Positions 1 to 13,205 of a stretch of 64,000 bases of DNA are shown here, piece after piece (position 1 is the first letter of the stretch; each line of letters begins with the position of its first letter). Location: the NCBI GenBank assembly GCA_026026165.1, contig JAPEUD010000024.1, positions 1-64,000 of the forward strand, read 5' to 3'. The DNA is from Sarea resinae (lineage: Eukaryota). Below the pieces are notes generated by a model. That model was not told where the DNA came from. It was given only the letters and a program-made list of their open reading frames with translations, and ran no database searches. The translations under genes were made by a program, and so were the position numbers.

Positions 1-57
<57 letters not shown>
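1..57. repeat. poly-G homopolymer at window/contig start (possible sequencing artefact)
   Basis: 57 consecutive G. Long terminal poly-G is a known artefact of two-colour Illumina chemistry. On the minus strand it would read as poly-Pro. Confidence 0.9.
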
Positions 58-61
<4 letters not shown>

Positions 62-740
62 TGTTTCACCCTGCTGGATTGGGTATCCTTGTCGTTCGGG
101 ATACCCTGAGCCTGAACCTGACACTGGGCTTGAGCTTGAGCTTGAGCTTGAGCTTGAGCTTGAGCTTGAGCTGTTGATATCACAGACGTGGGCGCATGCT
201 CTTCGGCAGAGGAATTAGCTGCCTCTGTCGTGCATCAGGAGGAAGAGGCCAGGGAAGCAGGAGTCAAGGGAAGGACTAATCGAACTAGATGACTCCCGGA
301 GGTCCTTTACTTTCGGGCGTCGGTGTAGGAGTAGTCTGAAAGGGGGGAAAGCGGTACAGGAATATGAAGGTGTGGGTAGGTATGCCATCGTCACAGCTGT
401 CAAGGATGAGCTCACTCACAATTTTCACGGGTCTAAGGGATGTCGGCGGCATGCTTAGGTTCTAAAAGCGTGCGCCAAGGGTGGAGGGCACGGGGGATGG
501 GAAGACTGAGGGGGAGGGGGTGCCATTACGGTATTGTAGTGCCTTAGATGCGTCTGTTTTCCTAGTAATTCCATAGGAATCAATCAGCGATAGGTGGCAT
601 AGATGATACTCTATTCCTAGAAGTGCTGAAGCCGGACAGAGACGCTGTGTAGATGTCACGGCTCTTGTGAGTAGGTATGACAGAGAATTTTCAGCGAAGT
701 AAAGCAGGTTGAGCGGCTCTTGGAGCTCGTAACTGTTCAT
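58..740 (-). pseudogene. decayed coding relic with AQ repeat
   Basis: Minus-strand frames give protein-like segments (ORF 462-740; TTEAANSSAEEHAPTSVISTAQAQAQ...QGIPNDKDTQSSRVKQAPP) interrupted by TAG/TAA/TGA stops and frame changes. No family recognised. Confidence 0.3.
128..172. repeat. (GAGCTT)n hexamer microsatellite, ~7 units
   Basis: Directly visible. The minus strand reads (GCT CAA)n = AQAQAQ, continuing as GCC CAG TGT CAG GTT CAG GCT CAG. Confidence 0.9.
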
Positions 741-1416
741 GATATCTATCCTCCTTTACTCTTCTACTTTATTCAAGAGTATATAGGCATTGCTTGAAAG
801 AGAGGTGCCTACAAGGACATTGTATTTCAAGTTTTGATTCAACAGGCAGCGAAAGAGTTCAAGCTTTACTGGTTGTATTCACGTCACTCCATGCTAATTA
901 TTGAACTGGCAATGAAAATAACGCAGTCATGTGTGAAGTACCTCGATGGTTACAAAAAGATATGATTTGGCCCAATGTATCTAGCCTATGTCAAATGAGT
1001 GGAAGTGGTGCAAGTTGTCCTGCACCTAGAAGATTATTCGAGCAATGAATGAAGCTCTGTATGTTTTAGCTAATGATAGAAGGAAATAGCGGAGCTCATT
1101 GCATATATATGGAAAAGGAGTAGAGTGTGGTGCTTCTTGTATGTCTCCCTTTCCCTTTTCCTTCTGTGTGAAAATGAAAGTGAAGTCTATGAACTCGGGC
1201 TCTGTAACGGAGTTGCTACATGCACGTCTCTGTCTACGGAGTCAAGAGACATCTTAGGGTCCTCGGACCATGAGATACGAACCAAGTATGGTAGAGTGGC
1301 CACTGCATCAACACAACAGAGAGTCCTGTTCTCAGTGACCCGCCAACCCAAGACAGCCGAATCATAACAAGAAATCGACATCCGATATCGTCGCCCTCAA
1401 ATGAAGGGACCAATGA

Positions 1417-4400
1417 CTATAGAGGATCATTCTTGTAATCTTCGAGAAGATTGACAATTTCGGAATACCCTTCCTGCCGTGCAAACACCGCTGCTCTTTC
1501 ACATTGTGCACTCAACGCATTTGGCTCACGAAAGTAATTCAGGAGCAATTGCACCATGTCCAGCCGGCCGTGCTCGGCAGCACCTTCTAAGGCTGTCCTA
1601 CCTTTCTCGTTTGCTGCAGGGGCATTGACATTCACTCCGGCTTTGAGCAGAAGCAGGGCTATATTTGCATGACCTTTGATTGCGGCAGCTTGAAGAGCAG
1701 TCACTCCGCCGCAAGAAGACGCTGGAGCATTGATATCTGCCCCTTTCTGTAGAAAGAGCCGGACGAGATGCATGTTCCCGTTTTCTGCTGCTTCTTGAAG
1801 CGCGGTTCTCCCAAATGACCCGAATCCTGGAGCATTCACATCAGCCCCGGCTTCCATTAAGAGCTGGACCATGTCATTATTGTTTTTTTGCACCGCACGT
1901 TGAAGCGCCGTTCGCTCATCATCCCATTGGTCATTAACATCTGCTCCTGCGTTGAGCAGCATTTGGACGATTTCTATACTTCCAGACTCCACTGCGCTTT
2001 TGACGGCTTGCGTTGCTCCACGTTCGATGAAATGACGATCCTTCGCCCTTGCATTCAATAGTACCTGAACTATGAGGGGGTTGGGCCTTCTGGAACATAT
2101 TTCTAGAGCCTTAGCACTGGGAGATGCGCCCTTTTCAGTTAGATGCCATACGAACGCCTCATTATTCGCTTCAACTGCTTGTTCAAGTGCTGTTAGGCCT
2201 GAATCAGGGTCGAGAGCATTGACATCAGCTCCTAAATCCAACAATCTATCGAATGCAATAAGACTGTTGGATCCTGCTGCAGCTCGTAGCGCCATTCCGG
2301 GTGTGCTAATAGCTGACGCGTTCACATTCCCACCAGCATGGATTAACATATCCATCATTCCAAGGTCACCCATATATGCTGCTTCTTCAAGTGCTGATCT
2401 CTTGCGACCCTCTCCTATTAGAGGAGGTGGAGCATTAGGATCAGCACCCTCGAGGATCAGCATGTGAACGATCTCCTTGCTACTCCATCTCACTGCAATC
2501 TCAAGCGCCGTCCCTGCAGAACCACCTGAGGCATTAACATTTGCTCCCGCATCCAGTAGAGTTCGGGCCATCAGAAGACTGTCCGACCTTGCCTCATTGT
2601 TGACTGCTGCTTGAAGCGCTGTATATCCATGAAGTGCAGCTGGGGCGTTAACCTTTGCACCCAATTTCAAGAGATATTTCAACAGATCAATGGTTTCGCT
2701 TCCAGCTGCTGCTGCCTGCAATGCGGTTCGTCCATGATCGCGTCCAGCAGGTGCGTTAACGTCAGCTCCAAAGTCGATCAAGGCCCGCACTAGTTCAGTA
2801 TCTCCAAGACTCGCAGCCTCTTGGAGCGCAGTCATCCCATGTTCATCACCAGCGGAAGCATTGATGTTACCACCGTGACCAATCAGCAGTCTAATCAACT
2901 CGACTTTGCCAGCTTTAATTTCAGCTCCCACGGCTGCTTGGATGGCTGTTCTTCCGTAAAGGCCAAGGGCCGGAGCATTGGCATCTGCTCCCTCTCTCAG
3001 CAGTATTTGAACTATCTTGATATTTCCCAATGATGCTGCGAGCTGCAGGGCAGTGTCCGCACAATAAACGCTATCTCGAGCCTCAACATCTGCGTTTGCA
3101 TATAGGAGAATTCTAATCAGAACGGCATTTTCATGTGAGACTGCTGCCTGGAGTGCTGTCTTATGCTCATTGATAAGCCATATCCATTCTGGTGGAGTAG
3201 TGCCGTGATAGTGTGGAAAATAGTTGACGTCTGCGCCTGCCGCTAGAAGGATTTGTACCATCTCGGTGTTGTTCTGTTTTGCTGCGATCTGAATGGGACT
3301 CTTGAATGCCACACGGGTATCACCTTCCACTTCTACAGATTCGAGGGCTAAGATATATTCATCACCAGCTGGAGCGGTAACATCTGCGCCTGCATCCAGC
3401 AACACCTTGACGATTTCAACGTGATCGGCCGCTGCTGCGGCTTGAAGCGCGGTACAAGAGTCCGTATGTGTTATAGCTCTGGCATTTGCATTTCTCTTCA
3501 GTAAGATCTTCACGAGCTCAACATTGCGCTTTTCTGCAGCAAGTTGGAGAGGTGTCTCCATTTTTATGCCAGCTCCGTTGACATCAGCACCCGCTTCGAG
3601 CAAGACCCAAATTATTTCATCATTTGCGACCCAAATCGCTTGCTGGAGGATGTTCCGATCATAATCGTTGTGGGTAGGAGTGTGGACGTCTGCTCCTGCA
3701 TCTAGAAGCATCTCAACCATCTTCAAATCCCCTCTTGGGACAGCCTCCTCGAGCGGCCTTTTTTGCGGCCATCGACCGGCCAAAGCATTGACATCGGCTC
3801 CCTTTTTGATCAGAATACGTAGGCTCTCCATGTCTCCAAGTCTGATAGCGCTGAAGAGCAAGTGGTTGATGAAGGTTTTGGTGGATGCCGTGCCCAGGTC
3901 AGCCACAGCACACACAGCCCATCTATTTCCGCTTCGAACAACCCACCCGAATATCTTATCGATCTGATCATTTCCCATCATATTGTTTGACGAGAGGTAG
4001 ATGAAGAAACGGAGTAATTGGGAGAATGAGCGAACACTTTTGAACTCAAGGAGACCCTTCATATTTTCCGCGAGCTCTCCATGGTGCCTTTCAATCAAAC
4101 GAGGCTCTAGATAGCCGGCAACATCTCCAAGGAATTTTCTGCTTCCAGGTCTGACGTCTTTTTCCAAGCTCATTGCAAAGCGAGCAGATTTCGTTCTTCG
4201 AGGGATAGCTGATAGACGCGGCTGTGGAAGGTTCACCATGGAGAAATGGCCGACCGTTACCTGGTATGGGATGGCTGGATGATTGAACGTCGAATGTCTC
4301 GTAAGCGTCAGCGATGCTCTTGGTGTATTCACAAAATGAATCGGTCCGCTCTAGAGCATTCGGCAATTGCAATGGAGAGGTATTGGATGATGGGCCACGA

Positions 4401-5089
4401 TTGAAATCGTAGCAACTAGCCAATTGTGTCAACACTCCCTGACCGGCATCCATTCTCGCGAGTTCAACTATAGCTTATCAGCGGGTGCTCGACTTAATTG
4501 GAGATTGATTGTCTCTTACGCTTCTGTTCGATCTGATCACAGACGTGAAAGAATGGTAGGTTGGAATTTTCTATGGCCATAATGCTGGGATAGGGTATAG
4601 GTGAGCATATCAATATACCCTCCGGGGTTCTCGGACTTGGAGCTGTGATTCATAGTAAGTTACTAAACACTCGAGACGAGAGTCAAAGGTATGTTACCTT
4701 GGGCGTTTGCTGAGGCAAGAGTCGGAAGCATGTGCCGTGAAACCTCCTTCTTGACTTTCTTTTCCGAGATCAATTGGCCGTGGTTGTAAACATCGCTCTC
4801 TTTCCCTTCCAATTTCCGCTTTTGCACACGGTGCCCAACGAATCTCCATGTCTCGCCAGTATTGTATTTTTTGAGGTCCCAGTCTTTCAAATGAGTAGAA
4901 TATTGTTTGACACTATTCACATGGTCAGGAGAGTCGAGACAAGAGCACAGATACTTACCTAGGACGAAAGCCGCGTTGCGTGTCCATATGTTCCTTCAAC
5001 GCTTCGAGTGTCATGCTAGGGTACAAGTTTGTGATCTCAGCCTTGTGGATTTCCCACTCCGCTTCTGGAATCTTCCCAGTTCGAGCCAT
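1417..5089 (-). CDS. Clr5-domain, multi-ankyrin-repeat protein (multi-exon)
   Basis: Exon 1 from ATG 5089 (MARTGKIPEAEWEIHKAEITNLY...EHMDTQRGFRP), intron 4958-4913, exon 2 SVKQYSTHLKDWDLKKY...VQKRKLEGKESDV, which is the Clr5-domain pattern W..HK..I..LY...M....GF....QY...L..W...K. Further exons (APSPRTPEG...NLPFF) lead to ORF 1417-4332 with about 20 ankyrin repeats (GADVNAPA...GRTALQAAA). A frame change is needed near 4160-4260. Confidence 0.85.
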
Positions 5090-6477
5090 ATTAAAGTTTT
5101 CGGCAGAGACGCAGACGTTCGAGGAGAAAAAGCCAAAACATTAGCATCGGTTGATGTGAAGGGAAGTTGAACAGTCGTAGGGATGTGTGTATTTCGAGAA
5201 GACAGCCGGTTTCCTCCTGTGAGAGCAGAGCATCTATATAAGAGCCTCAAATCTGTGCCTGGGGCCTGCTTGCCTATCCATATGCCTTTGTACGTACGGT
5301 ACCCGGCGACCGACCTTAGTTGTGCATGCTGAGCGCCACTTGCATATTGGGGGTGAGAGGACCAGAGGATCTCATGCGATCAAAGTGACGAATGGAGCAA
5401 GACCCGGCGACGATGATCGGGCAGAGCAGGATTTTCATGTCAGCTCATGGCTCCTCGTTTCGTCTTGTTCCTTTTGTTCCTGAATGCCTACTTTACGCCC
5501 CCAGCGCGTTGTTCTCGAGTACTTCATAGAGGCGTCTGCTTTGGGCAACAGATATCCGAGCGTCAGTTGATTGGACACGACCAGAAATTCGACGTCGGCC
5601 CTGCAGAGGTGGAGACGATCTGCATGCATCATCGGATTCTGGACGATCCTGCCCAGCCTCATGGCTATCGCTCCGGGGTTGTCATTGGTGACACCCCAAA
5701 TTTCCGTGGGACAATTCAGTCGAGAGCGTACTTGGTGACTTCGTACACTTCAGCTACGCACAGCCCCTGGACTCCAAAACATCCAGAGGTCCCGATAGGC
5801 CTTTTCCACAATATCGCAGCCCCACACATACGCCAAGCGGTCTAGAGATGCATACCTAGGTAGGTAAGCGACATGTTGCGGCCTATCGAACGACAGATGT
5901 CGACTGCGGGCATCTACTATGTAGCTTTTGCCAGAGGACACCCCTATTGACCTAGTCTGACAGATTCTAGAGAATCAAACGGTGTCATTGTTGGATCAGA
6001 ACCATGGAAAGCCAGAGCTGGGACGAAGAGTCACTAAGCCAATGCGGCCGAGTCCTTTCCCATGGATGCGTTGATATCCAGGGTTTGAGATGAAAGTGTT
6101 AGATAGACTCCGGGACAGCCTTAGCGACTTCACCCACCAAACCCTTTTTGACGCGTTTGAACTTCGAAGCCACCTCACTAGATTCTGTACAAAGCCTCCG
6201 GCTGTCAAGGGATGACGCGCAAATCCGAGGGATGAGCGCTCAAGCGCCCTACTATTAATCGAGTACAGAGACCGTCCAAAATTTCCAAATGTCCAAAATT
6301 TCCAAAAGACAAGTCTCCAATAACGGGCTCAATCGCACACTTATAAGCCACGCTTTCCTCCTGAATCCCAATGTCTTCTCCCATCATCTCAAGCAGCAAT
6401 TGCTTGAGCAGTCGTTCTCGAGAAACCGGCACACCGGCATCAGGTCATCGCCTTGCCCGCCCCTGTCAACTAAGCGA

Positions 6478-7249
6478 ATGGCGCTTTCGCTCAATAACAT
6501 CTTGACGCTCGTGGGCATAATGGTCGGCTTACCCTCAGCCCTACTCGCCATCGTCCAAGTATGCAAGTGGAGAAGGAGAAGAAGGAGAGATAACCGGACG
6601 ACAGACGAGGAGCTTTCAGGTAAAGACACCTATCAAAGAGGGATTGCTCTAATGACAGAAGAATTACCCGCTCGTCAACGACTGCGGCGTATCCCCCGCC
6701 GCAACGGTAGCGAAACGGTTGTCTCGGTAAAATTCAGGTCCCGTAACGACGACGGTAAGGCCGATCCTGTTCTACCATGGCGTCATAACTTTGAGAAGAA
6801 TCGTCTAAGAAGAAGTATGTTACAGATTACCTGTCGGCATCGAGTTCATCTTGATCTTCCGCCAGTACATTGATATCAAACGTTGGTTGATCGATTTCGC
6901 GGAGACTCAGATCAAGGCCACCAATGAAGCGATGCCGCTGGAAGTATACACAGACTTCCTTGCAGAGACATGGCGCGCGGGACGGAAAGGCTTGGTTTGG
7001 TTTGGGTTGCTAATGGTGGGGTGGGAAGATGGTCTGGTTGGCGGGAACGCTAGGCTAGCCTACCATGCGGATCAATGTGTATATCGCGTCCTACTGTATC
7101 GAGAATTTTTGACGGCGCGCGAGCGAGATCACAAGCGCATCATCTTTTCATTTGTTGATAGGTATATATCAAAGGAGTGCGATATAGAATTGATGAATAG
7201 ATTTTCTGAAATAGACAAAAAGCATTTTACGTTTCTTCGACTCTTCTGA
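6478..7249 (+). CDS. hypothetical protein, N-terminal TM helix followed by basic stretch; structure uncertain
   Basis: ATG 6478 MALSLNNILTLVGIMVGLPSALLAIVQVCKWRRRRRRD, a pattern typical of small fungal single-TM proteins. Possible short intron 6620-6658. ORF 6851-7249 may be a later exon or a separate relic. Confidence 0.4.
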
Positions 7250-7347
7250 AAGTTCGAATACTTGGATTGTTTGTTCCGTGTTGAGTCCAGAGATCGTGAT
7301 GCTTCATGTTTCATAACATACGCAGGAACAGGCCGCCGAGATTTGCG

Positions 7348-9384
7348 TCACTTGCTGACAGGCTTTGTGAGAACGGTCAAATGAGGTTCAAAGAACAAGG
7401 GCGAGAAGAGATCTCTCCACGGTACGTCGTCCATTTTGGGCCTGTAGTAGTTATATCGTAAGCAACACCGTCCACCCCTAAGCACTCGGTATTGGCGACG
7501 AAAAAATTGACATACCGTGACGGATCGAAGACCATATCGAATTTACGGAATATGTAAGCAAACATGATGCGAAGCTCGCACCACGCCAGACTGCGCAGAG
7601 TCAGTCATGATTCCTTCAGAAAGGTCGGAGAAAGCTCACTTCATGCCAATACAGCTTCTAGGTCCCTTGGAGAATGGAACGAGCCATTTTTCAAGGTCCT
7701 TAGACGAAAGTCCGAGCCAGCGCTCTGGCCTGAAGTCTTTCGGATGATCATAGAGCTGCTCGCTATTATGCACAAACCAGCTGCTCATCGATACAATTGT
7801 CTGCTCACGATATTTCAGCTGGTGTCTCTGGATAGATCAGATATTCTACTCACACCACCAGGAATTGGATTTCCATCAACGTCGGCGCCCTGGACGGGCA
7901 CTACTCGAGGCAATCCAGCCGGTATTCCGGGTCCGATTCGAAGAGCCTCTTTTATGACAGCATTCTGTATCTGCTTAGTTGAGTGCTTATTGCACTAAGA
8001 TGCATCAACCAACCAGATAAGGCATTTTCTCGAGCTCCTTGAGATCAGGTTCCTTCTCCAGCTTTGGCCACACATCAAGTAGCTCTCTCCTTAGACGTGC
8101 TAGAATCTCGGGATTTTTGAGGAGATGAAATGTGCCTATCATCACAGCGCTGGCACTGGTATCCCCTCCGCCAAACATCAGCGCTTGAGATTCTTCGTAT
8201 AGACTCTGTGGCGATGGAGCGCTTTTGTTTCGGTACGCTTCGGGATCAAGGAGAACATGATATATAGTTGTGGAGTGGGGAAGGTGCGAAATGCTCTCCG
8301 GGTTGCGGACATGATTTGCGATTTGACTTCGAAGGAGCTGGTGCATATTTAGCTGTGATGGTGCTATCCGTTCAAGGAGAGGAAAAGCGCTCACTTGCTG
8401 CATGCGAACAAGTCCACTAGTATCCGGGAAGATCGCCTTGGCAATCCTTGGTGGAGTGTTTTTGATCAACGCTTTGCTGAATTGGAAGTGCCGGAAGAAA
8501 GGGAATATCGGAGAAGAGGCATGCATAGCCTCTATCAGCGGTGCTCTGAAATCGGGTTCCGTAACAGCGTGCAGAGGTTGCCCATAGCAAAGATATGTAA
8601 CCACATCCATGGTGGCACATCGGTATGCATAGAAAAGGTCCGAAGCCTTTCCTTCCTTGTTGCGTTCCTTGAACGCCCCACAAAGGGTATTGACCTTCGT
8701 CCACATTAGTATCTGTCCACGAGGCCTCATAAGATAGACATACTTCATCACGCACGATCCACTGTGAGTCTTCAATCGCTTTAGTCGAGAACATACGGCT
8801 CATTGCATCTCGCCGTTCCTTGGCTTCGCGATAGGCAAGAAATCCAAATGACGAAGCATCCTCCCCGAAGCAGTGATACAGCGACTCTTCCTTGTCCCAG
8901 CGATTACGATTGTTGTAGATATCGTAGTATGCGGAAGGTGCTGCAAAGTGCAACTAGTACACCGCGCATCGCATGTCAATACAGCGAATCATGAAAATCG
9001 AAGAGAAACAGTCTGTAAGGCGGATCGCACCTCATTTGGCCCGACTCGAACAACATCGCCTTTGGCCACAGGGCTTAATGTTAGCAGCTACCTATATGCC
9101 TCAGAGCACAGTCTAGAATAGATGATGGATATACCATAGGTCGCATGAAGCTGTTTCAGCTCGTTGAGGAAAGACTTTTGGAGGATACATTCAATGTAGG
9201 CTTTCCAAAACCTGGTGACAGCTGCCAGACGCGGTCCAGGGAACCGGGAAAGTGGATGGGAATAGAGGTTATAGAGGACATTTCGTACGACGACGGCTAG
9301 GCACAGCACGAAGAGAGCTTTCAACGTGAACCAGAATACAGATGAAGGTGAGCTATTAGCTACATGCTGAAGAGGGGAAGACAT
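7348..9384 (-). CDS. cytochrome P450 monooxygenase (trichodiene oxygenase/CYP58-clan-like), multi-exon
   Basis: N-terminal TM plus HPLSRFPGPRLAAVT; micro-exon GDVVRVGPNE; I-helix ALMFGGGDTS; K-helix KEALR; FRPERW; heme motif PFSKGPRSCIG. Last exon PKMDDVPWRDLFSPLFFEPHLTVLTKPVSK* ends at TGA 7348. Confidence 0.95.
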
Positions 9385-11985
9385 AGTGAGATTGTCGCTT
9401 GGACAGTTGTGCCATCAACCAGAGAGCATCCAATGTTCCTGGATTCACTGCCACAGGCAATGCCAAGGACAGCGTGATGGTGTAGGTATATGGATCTGAC
9501 TGTCTGCATCTCGTGCCCTTTTGAGACATCCATCCATGGCCAACGCAGCGAAGTAGCATTCGTACTACGACATCCATGTCCAACGCTTTCTTGATTTCGG
9601 TAGTTTTCCCGTGCCGGCTCAGACTTTCTTTTCCGAGCATGGACTGCTTCGAGGTCAAGAGCAGAAGGGAAGAGGGCGGCAAGCAGTCAACATGATCAAA
9701 TTCGAAAATCGCGCAGACAATTGAGCCAGAAAGAAGCGCTGTGCCTTGGGGGAGGCAAGACAACATGCCAAAACAGAAAGGTCTCATGTATCTTCAGTCA
9801 TTGAAGCAGGCTTTGATTTGCGAGGTAGAAGCTGCCAGTCCCCGCGGCCTGGTAGTCCGAACCGTGATTGATGAAGTCAAAGTCTGTATATCTCGCAGTC
9901 TTTCCATACAGCTGATACCTGGCACTACGAGGGTCGAGAACCCTGTACTTGTATCTCTCGATACTTCCAGGATGGATGTGGGGGACTCGAGTAGAGCAAC
10001 CAGAACGCGAAACTAACGCGTACTTATTGTACAAGGTAGTACTCCGTCCTTTTCGGGAGCTACCATTGACGGTATTTCCGCCATAGTCCGCCAGTCGTGG
10101 GGAAAGGTTGAGGATTCTCGTCTCGATTGGCGCTGCCCGTGCCTCCGCCTCGGCCTCCATTGCTGCTGCTGATGCTGCTGCTGGTGTTTTGCTGGTGTTG
10201 TTGTCATTGTTGTCATCGTTGCTTTTGTGCGCGATCGTTCGATGCCATACTTTTTCTCCAAAATGCAGCGGGGTCAGCATTCGCCACTTGCCAACGCGGC
10301 CTTTTTCCTTTGGATCGAGACGGTAACACTGGCACTGGAGGGATTATCATCAGGTCCATCGATGTCTGACCCAAGCCACCAAGTATGCTGTGGATTCGTC
10401 CGCAGTCGCCGTCTCAATCTTTCGAATGGACTAGCAGGACTTCAACAGCGACCGTGTTTGAGGTAATCATCACATGGAGAACGCGCTCCAGCTCCAGATA
10501 AAGTACTTTGTTGATTGATACAACCATAGAGCCCTTCTCAGCTGGCTCTCATCACTATCACATCACAGTCACAATCCCGTACAGCATACCTTAGCTGTGA
10601 AAATCCTTTTGTCTCAAGACCTAACTGGCAGAAGGGTCCCACCTGCCCGCAGGCCGTTGAGCTTCCATTCTCGGCTGTTGCTTGTACCGTACTCTATGCA
10701 TCCTGCACTCCGCACACAGGAGAGGTCGAATCCGTAAGAAGAGTAGCCGTTTTAGCCATCGACTTCGTGTGGATCATTGCACTATTCGAAATGCTATCTT
10801 AGTCGGTTCTGCATCCCATTCACATGCATCCTGGGGCGTACACATGAACTGATTCCGAAGGAGGATCGCTCGTAGCTTGACCATAGCTTGACCAAGGAAA
10901 TCCGTCTAAAAGTCGGAAAACTGCACACCGCAGAACGGTAGGAAGTGAACTGTACGAGAGTCGAGCATGTTTTCGGGTAGATGGTACCTTGCCTTTGAGC
11001 TATAAGGCTTACTGCTGCGCGGTCCACACTACCGCATACATAAGGTAGGTAGGTAGCGGGAGGTAGGTAGCTTCGAAAAGTACAGTACATGCAAACACAT
11101 CTTGGTCTGGTCTCAGAGTTGGTGACCTCGCCAGCGACCTTCACGACTACAGGTAGGTAGGTAAGGTGCTCAGCGACTTGAATTTGTACAGTACCTACTG
11201 TAGATGGGGAGTATAGCGATACTTACAGGTACTCCGTACATTCACTCTGCACCCTTGCCCTCTTGCTCGCTCGTTGGTCTGCGGGCACTTTTCTGACTGG
11301 ATACGGCCGGTCGTTTTGCTAACGATCCGCCCCCGCGCACCACCACACGCACCAGCGAGCACCGGCGTTACGCGTGTGCGCGTGTCGACCAAAGTACCTG
11401 CCGTTTCTTACTCTATTCTATTCGTTTTGGCCTTTGCTTGGACCTGCCTGTGCCTTTGGCCGTGAACTTGCTTCGCCTTGCATACACAGCGAACATCGAG
11501 CTCCACCCCCATCAATCACATCAATCACATCAATCGCTCCGGCACTAATGCTGTCGTTGCTGCTCGGGTGCGCAGAGACAGTCTTCTACTCGGAGTAGGT
11601 CCTTGAGGAACTGCCTCTACTCGTGTCCTACTTCCTCTGGTACTTACTCTATCCGTAATGCTTCCTTGATCACCTCAAGGTCAGAGGCCAAGTATCCCGG
11701 TGTCTGTTCCCTCTCGGCGGCGCGCGCCTCGCTGGCTTCTCGCCATTGGACTCCCACTGTCTGCCTGTTCTACTACGACGCGATCTTCGACTCCGCCGCT
11801 CTGTCGTCTCTCGTACTCTAACCTTCTCCTTCGATCATCCACGATAATTCGCTCCTTTAACCTTTCGACTGTCCTTACGACCTTACCTGGTACTCGACGA
11901 GGTACTCAGACCTGTACCTACCTAGTACAGCACACAACCTTCGATTCGTACTTCTCTTCCTCACTCCCTCACTTCTTCATACTCC

Positions 11986-12012
11986 CTTCCTTCCTTCCTT
12001 CCTTCCTTCCTT
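11986..12012. repeat. (TTCC)n microsatellite in pyrimidine-rich leader
   Basis: Directly visible. Confidence 0.8.
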
Positions 12013-13205
12013 CTTCTTTTCTTCCTTATCCAGGAGGTCGAATCCCTCATTATCTCATCATTTCCTTTCTTCACCGAGATACTGTTGTAGTGGTGTCTAT
12101 AGACCCACACAGAGGCCTATCCTGGTGCCTCTGGCGCCCTTAATTTGGCTCGGACTCGACGGAGCGGTGGTGGCTCCGAAGCAAGCGCGCCGGTTATCGA
12201 CAAGGAAGCGAGCTCCACGCGAACTGACCGCCCATTCTTCCTTCCAGGCTCGCTGCCCACGACCCTTTCCCCGTCAATCAGCTCAATCAGCGCCGTCCAG
12301 TAAATTCCTCTGCGCAGGAGCTGTCGTTCCTCTTCATCGCGACTGACACCTCATCGTCGCTCGGTCGGATCGATCAGAACACCATCTACCTTAGTCTTCA
12401 GCTCACCGGATTCCTCTTCGATCGTGTACCCTTTTCTCACCCCAGCCACCTTTAATTTCCAGGCGACCGAAAGTACGCTCGACCACGGAGGGCGCAACGG
12501 CGTATTTGCGACAGCAGCAGCGGGCGCATTGCCAGTGAAACGATCGCCGGTGTCTTCGATCTCTATCTATCACGAAGACCAACGTCGCCGAGTCACTTCT
12601 AAGTCCGCTTTATCTCTCGTCGCGAAAAAGGACGCGACAGCGGAGTCTTCTTCGAGCGCTACCTTCACCGTTGAAAGGAGCGCATCCATTCGTTCTTACG
12701 TAGTCTTTATCTTTTCACACTCCTTACAATAACATCACGCGTCGCCTTCGAAACGATCGAAGAGAAGCCATTCTTTTTGTCATCTCGCGAATCAAACTCG
12801 TCACGCGCAAGTTGGACGTCGATTGTCCACGACCTAAGCGGAACACTCGAGAAGAGTACGACCTCTCATGAAGGCATCTCAACGTTATTGAAAGCGGAAG
12901 TTGCAGGGGCCAACAGTAACTGCTTCCAACGCTCGAAGGCATCATCTCTATAATCTGCTTTCTGCACGAGAAGACGAACCGTCACGCCAGCCAGCGCAGT
13001 ACTGACAATCACTTGCGTGTTGAAAAGCGGAAGGGCTGGACTTTAATACTTCGGGATTTTGTTCTGTTATGATACTCCTTGCATAGATTCAAACCCCTCG
13101 AATCGTCCTCGCGTCGTCAGCAATTTCCGCTCGTCGGTCGCGCTTCGCGTTCACCTCTCAGCAGTCTCAAAGAGCATAAAGGGCCTTATCTCAGCCGCCG
13201 CGACA

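Noticed and set aside
1..57. Poly-G as telomere or functional G-quadruplex
   Set aside because: It is not a TTAGGG-type repeat, and a terminal homopolymer is most simply a sequencing/assembly artefact.
5435..6432. Cluster of short ORFs on both strands (including 5447-5845 with a hydrophobic N-terminus)
   Set aside because: No recognisable domain or consistent exon chain; may be a relic but cannot be supported.
9798..10280. 160-aa minus-strand ORF with poly-Ala/Asn
   Set aside because: It is driven by CAG/CAA triplet repeats, all three frames look equally plausible, and no family motif is present.
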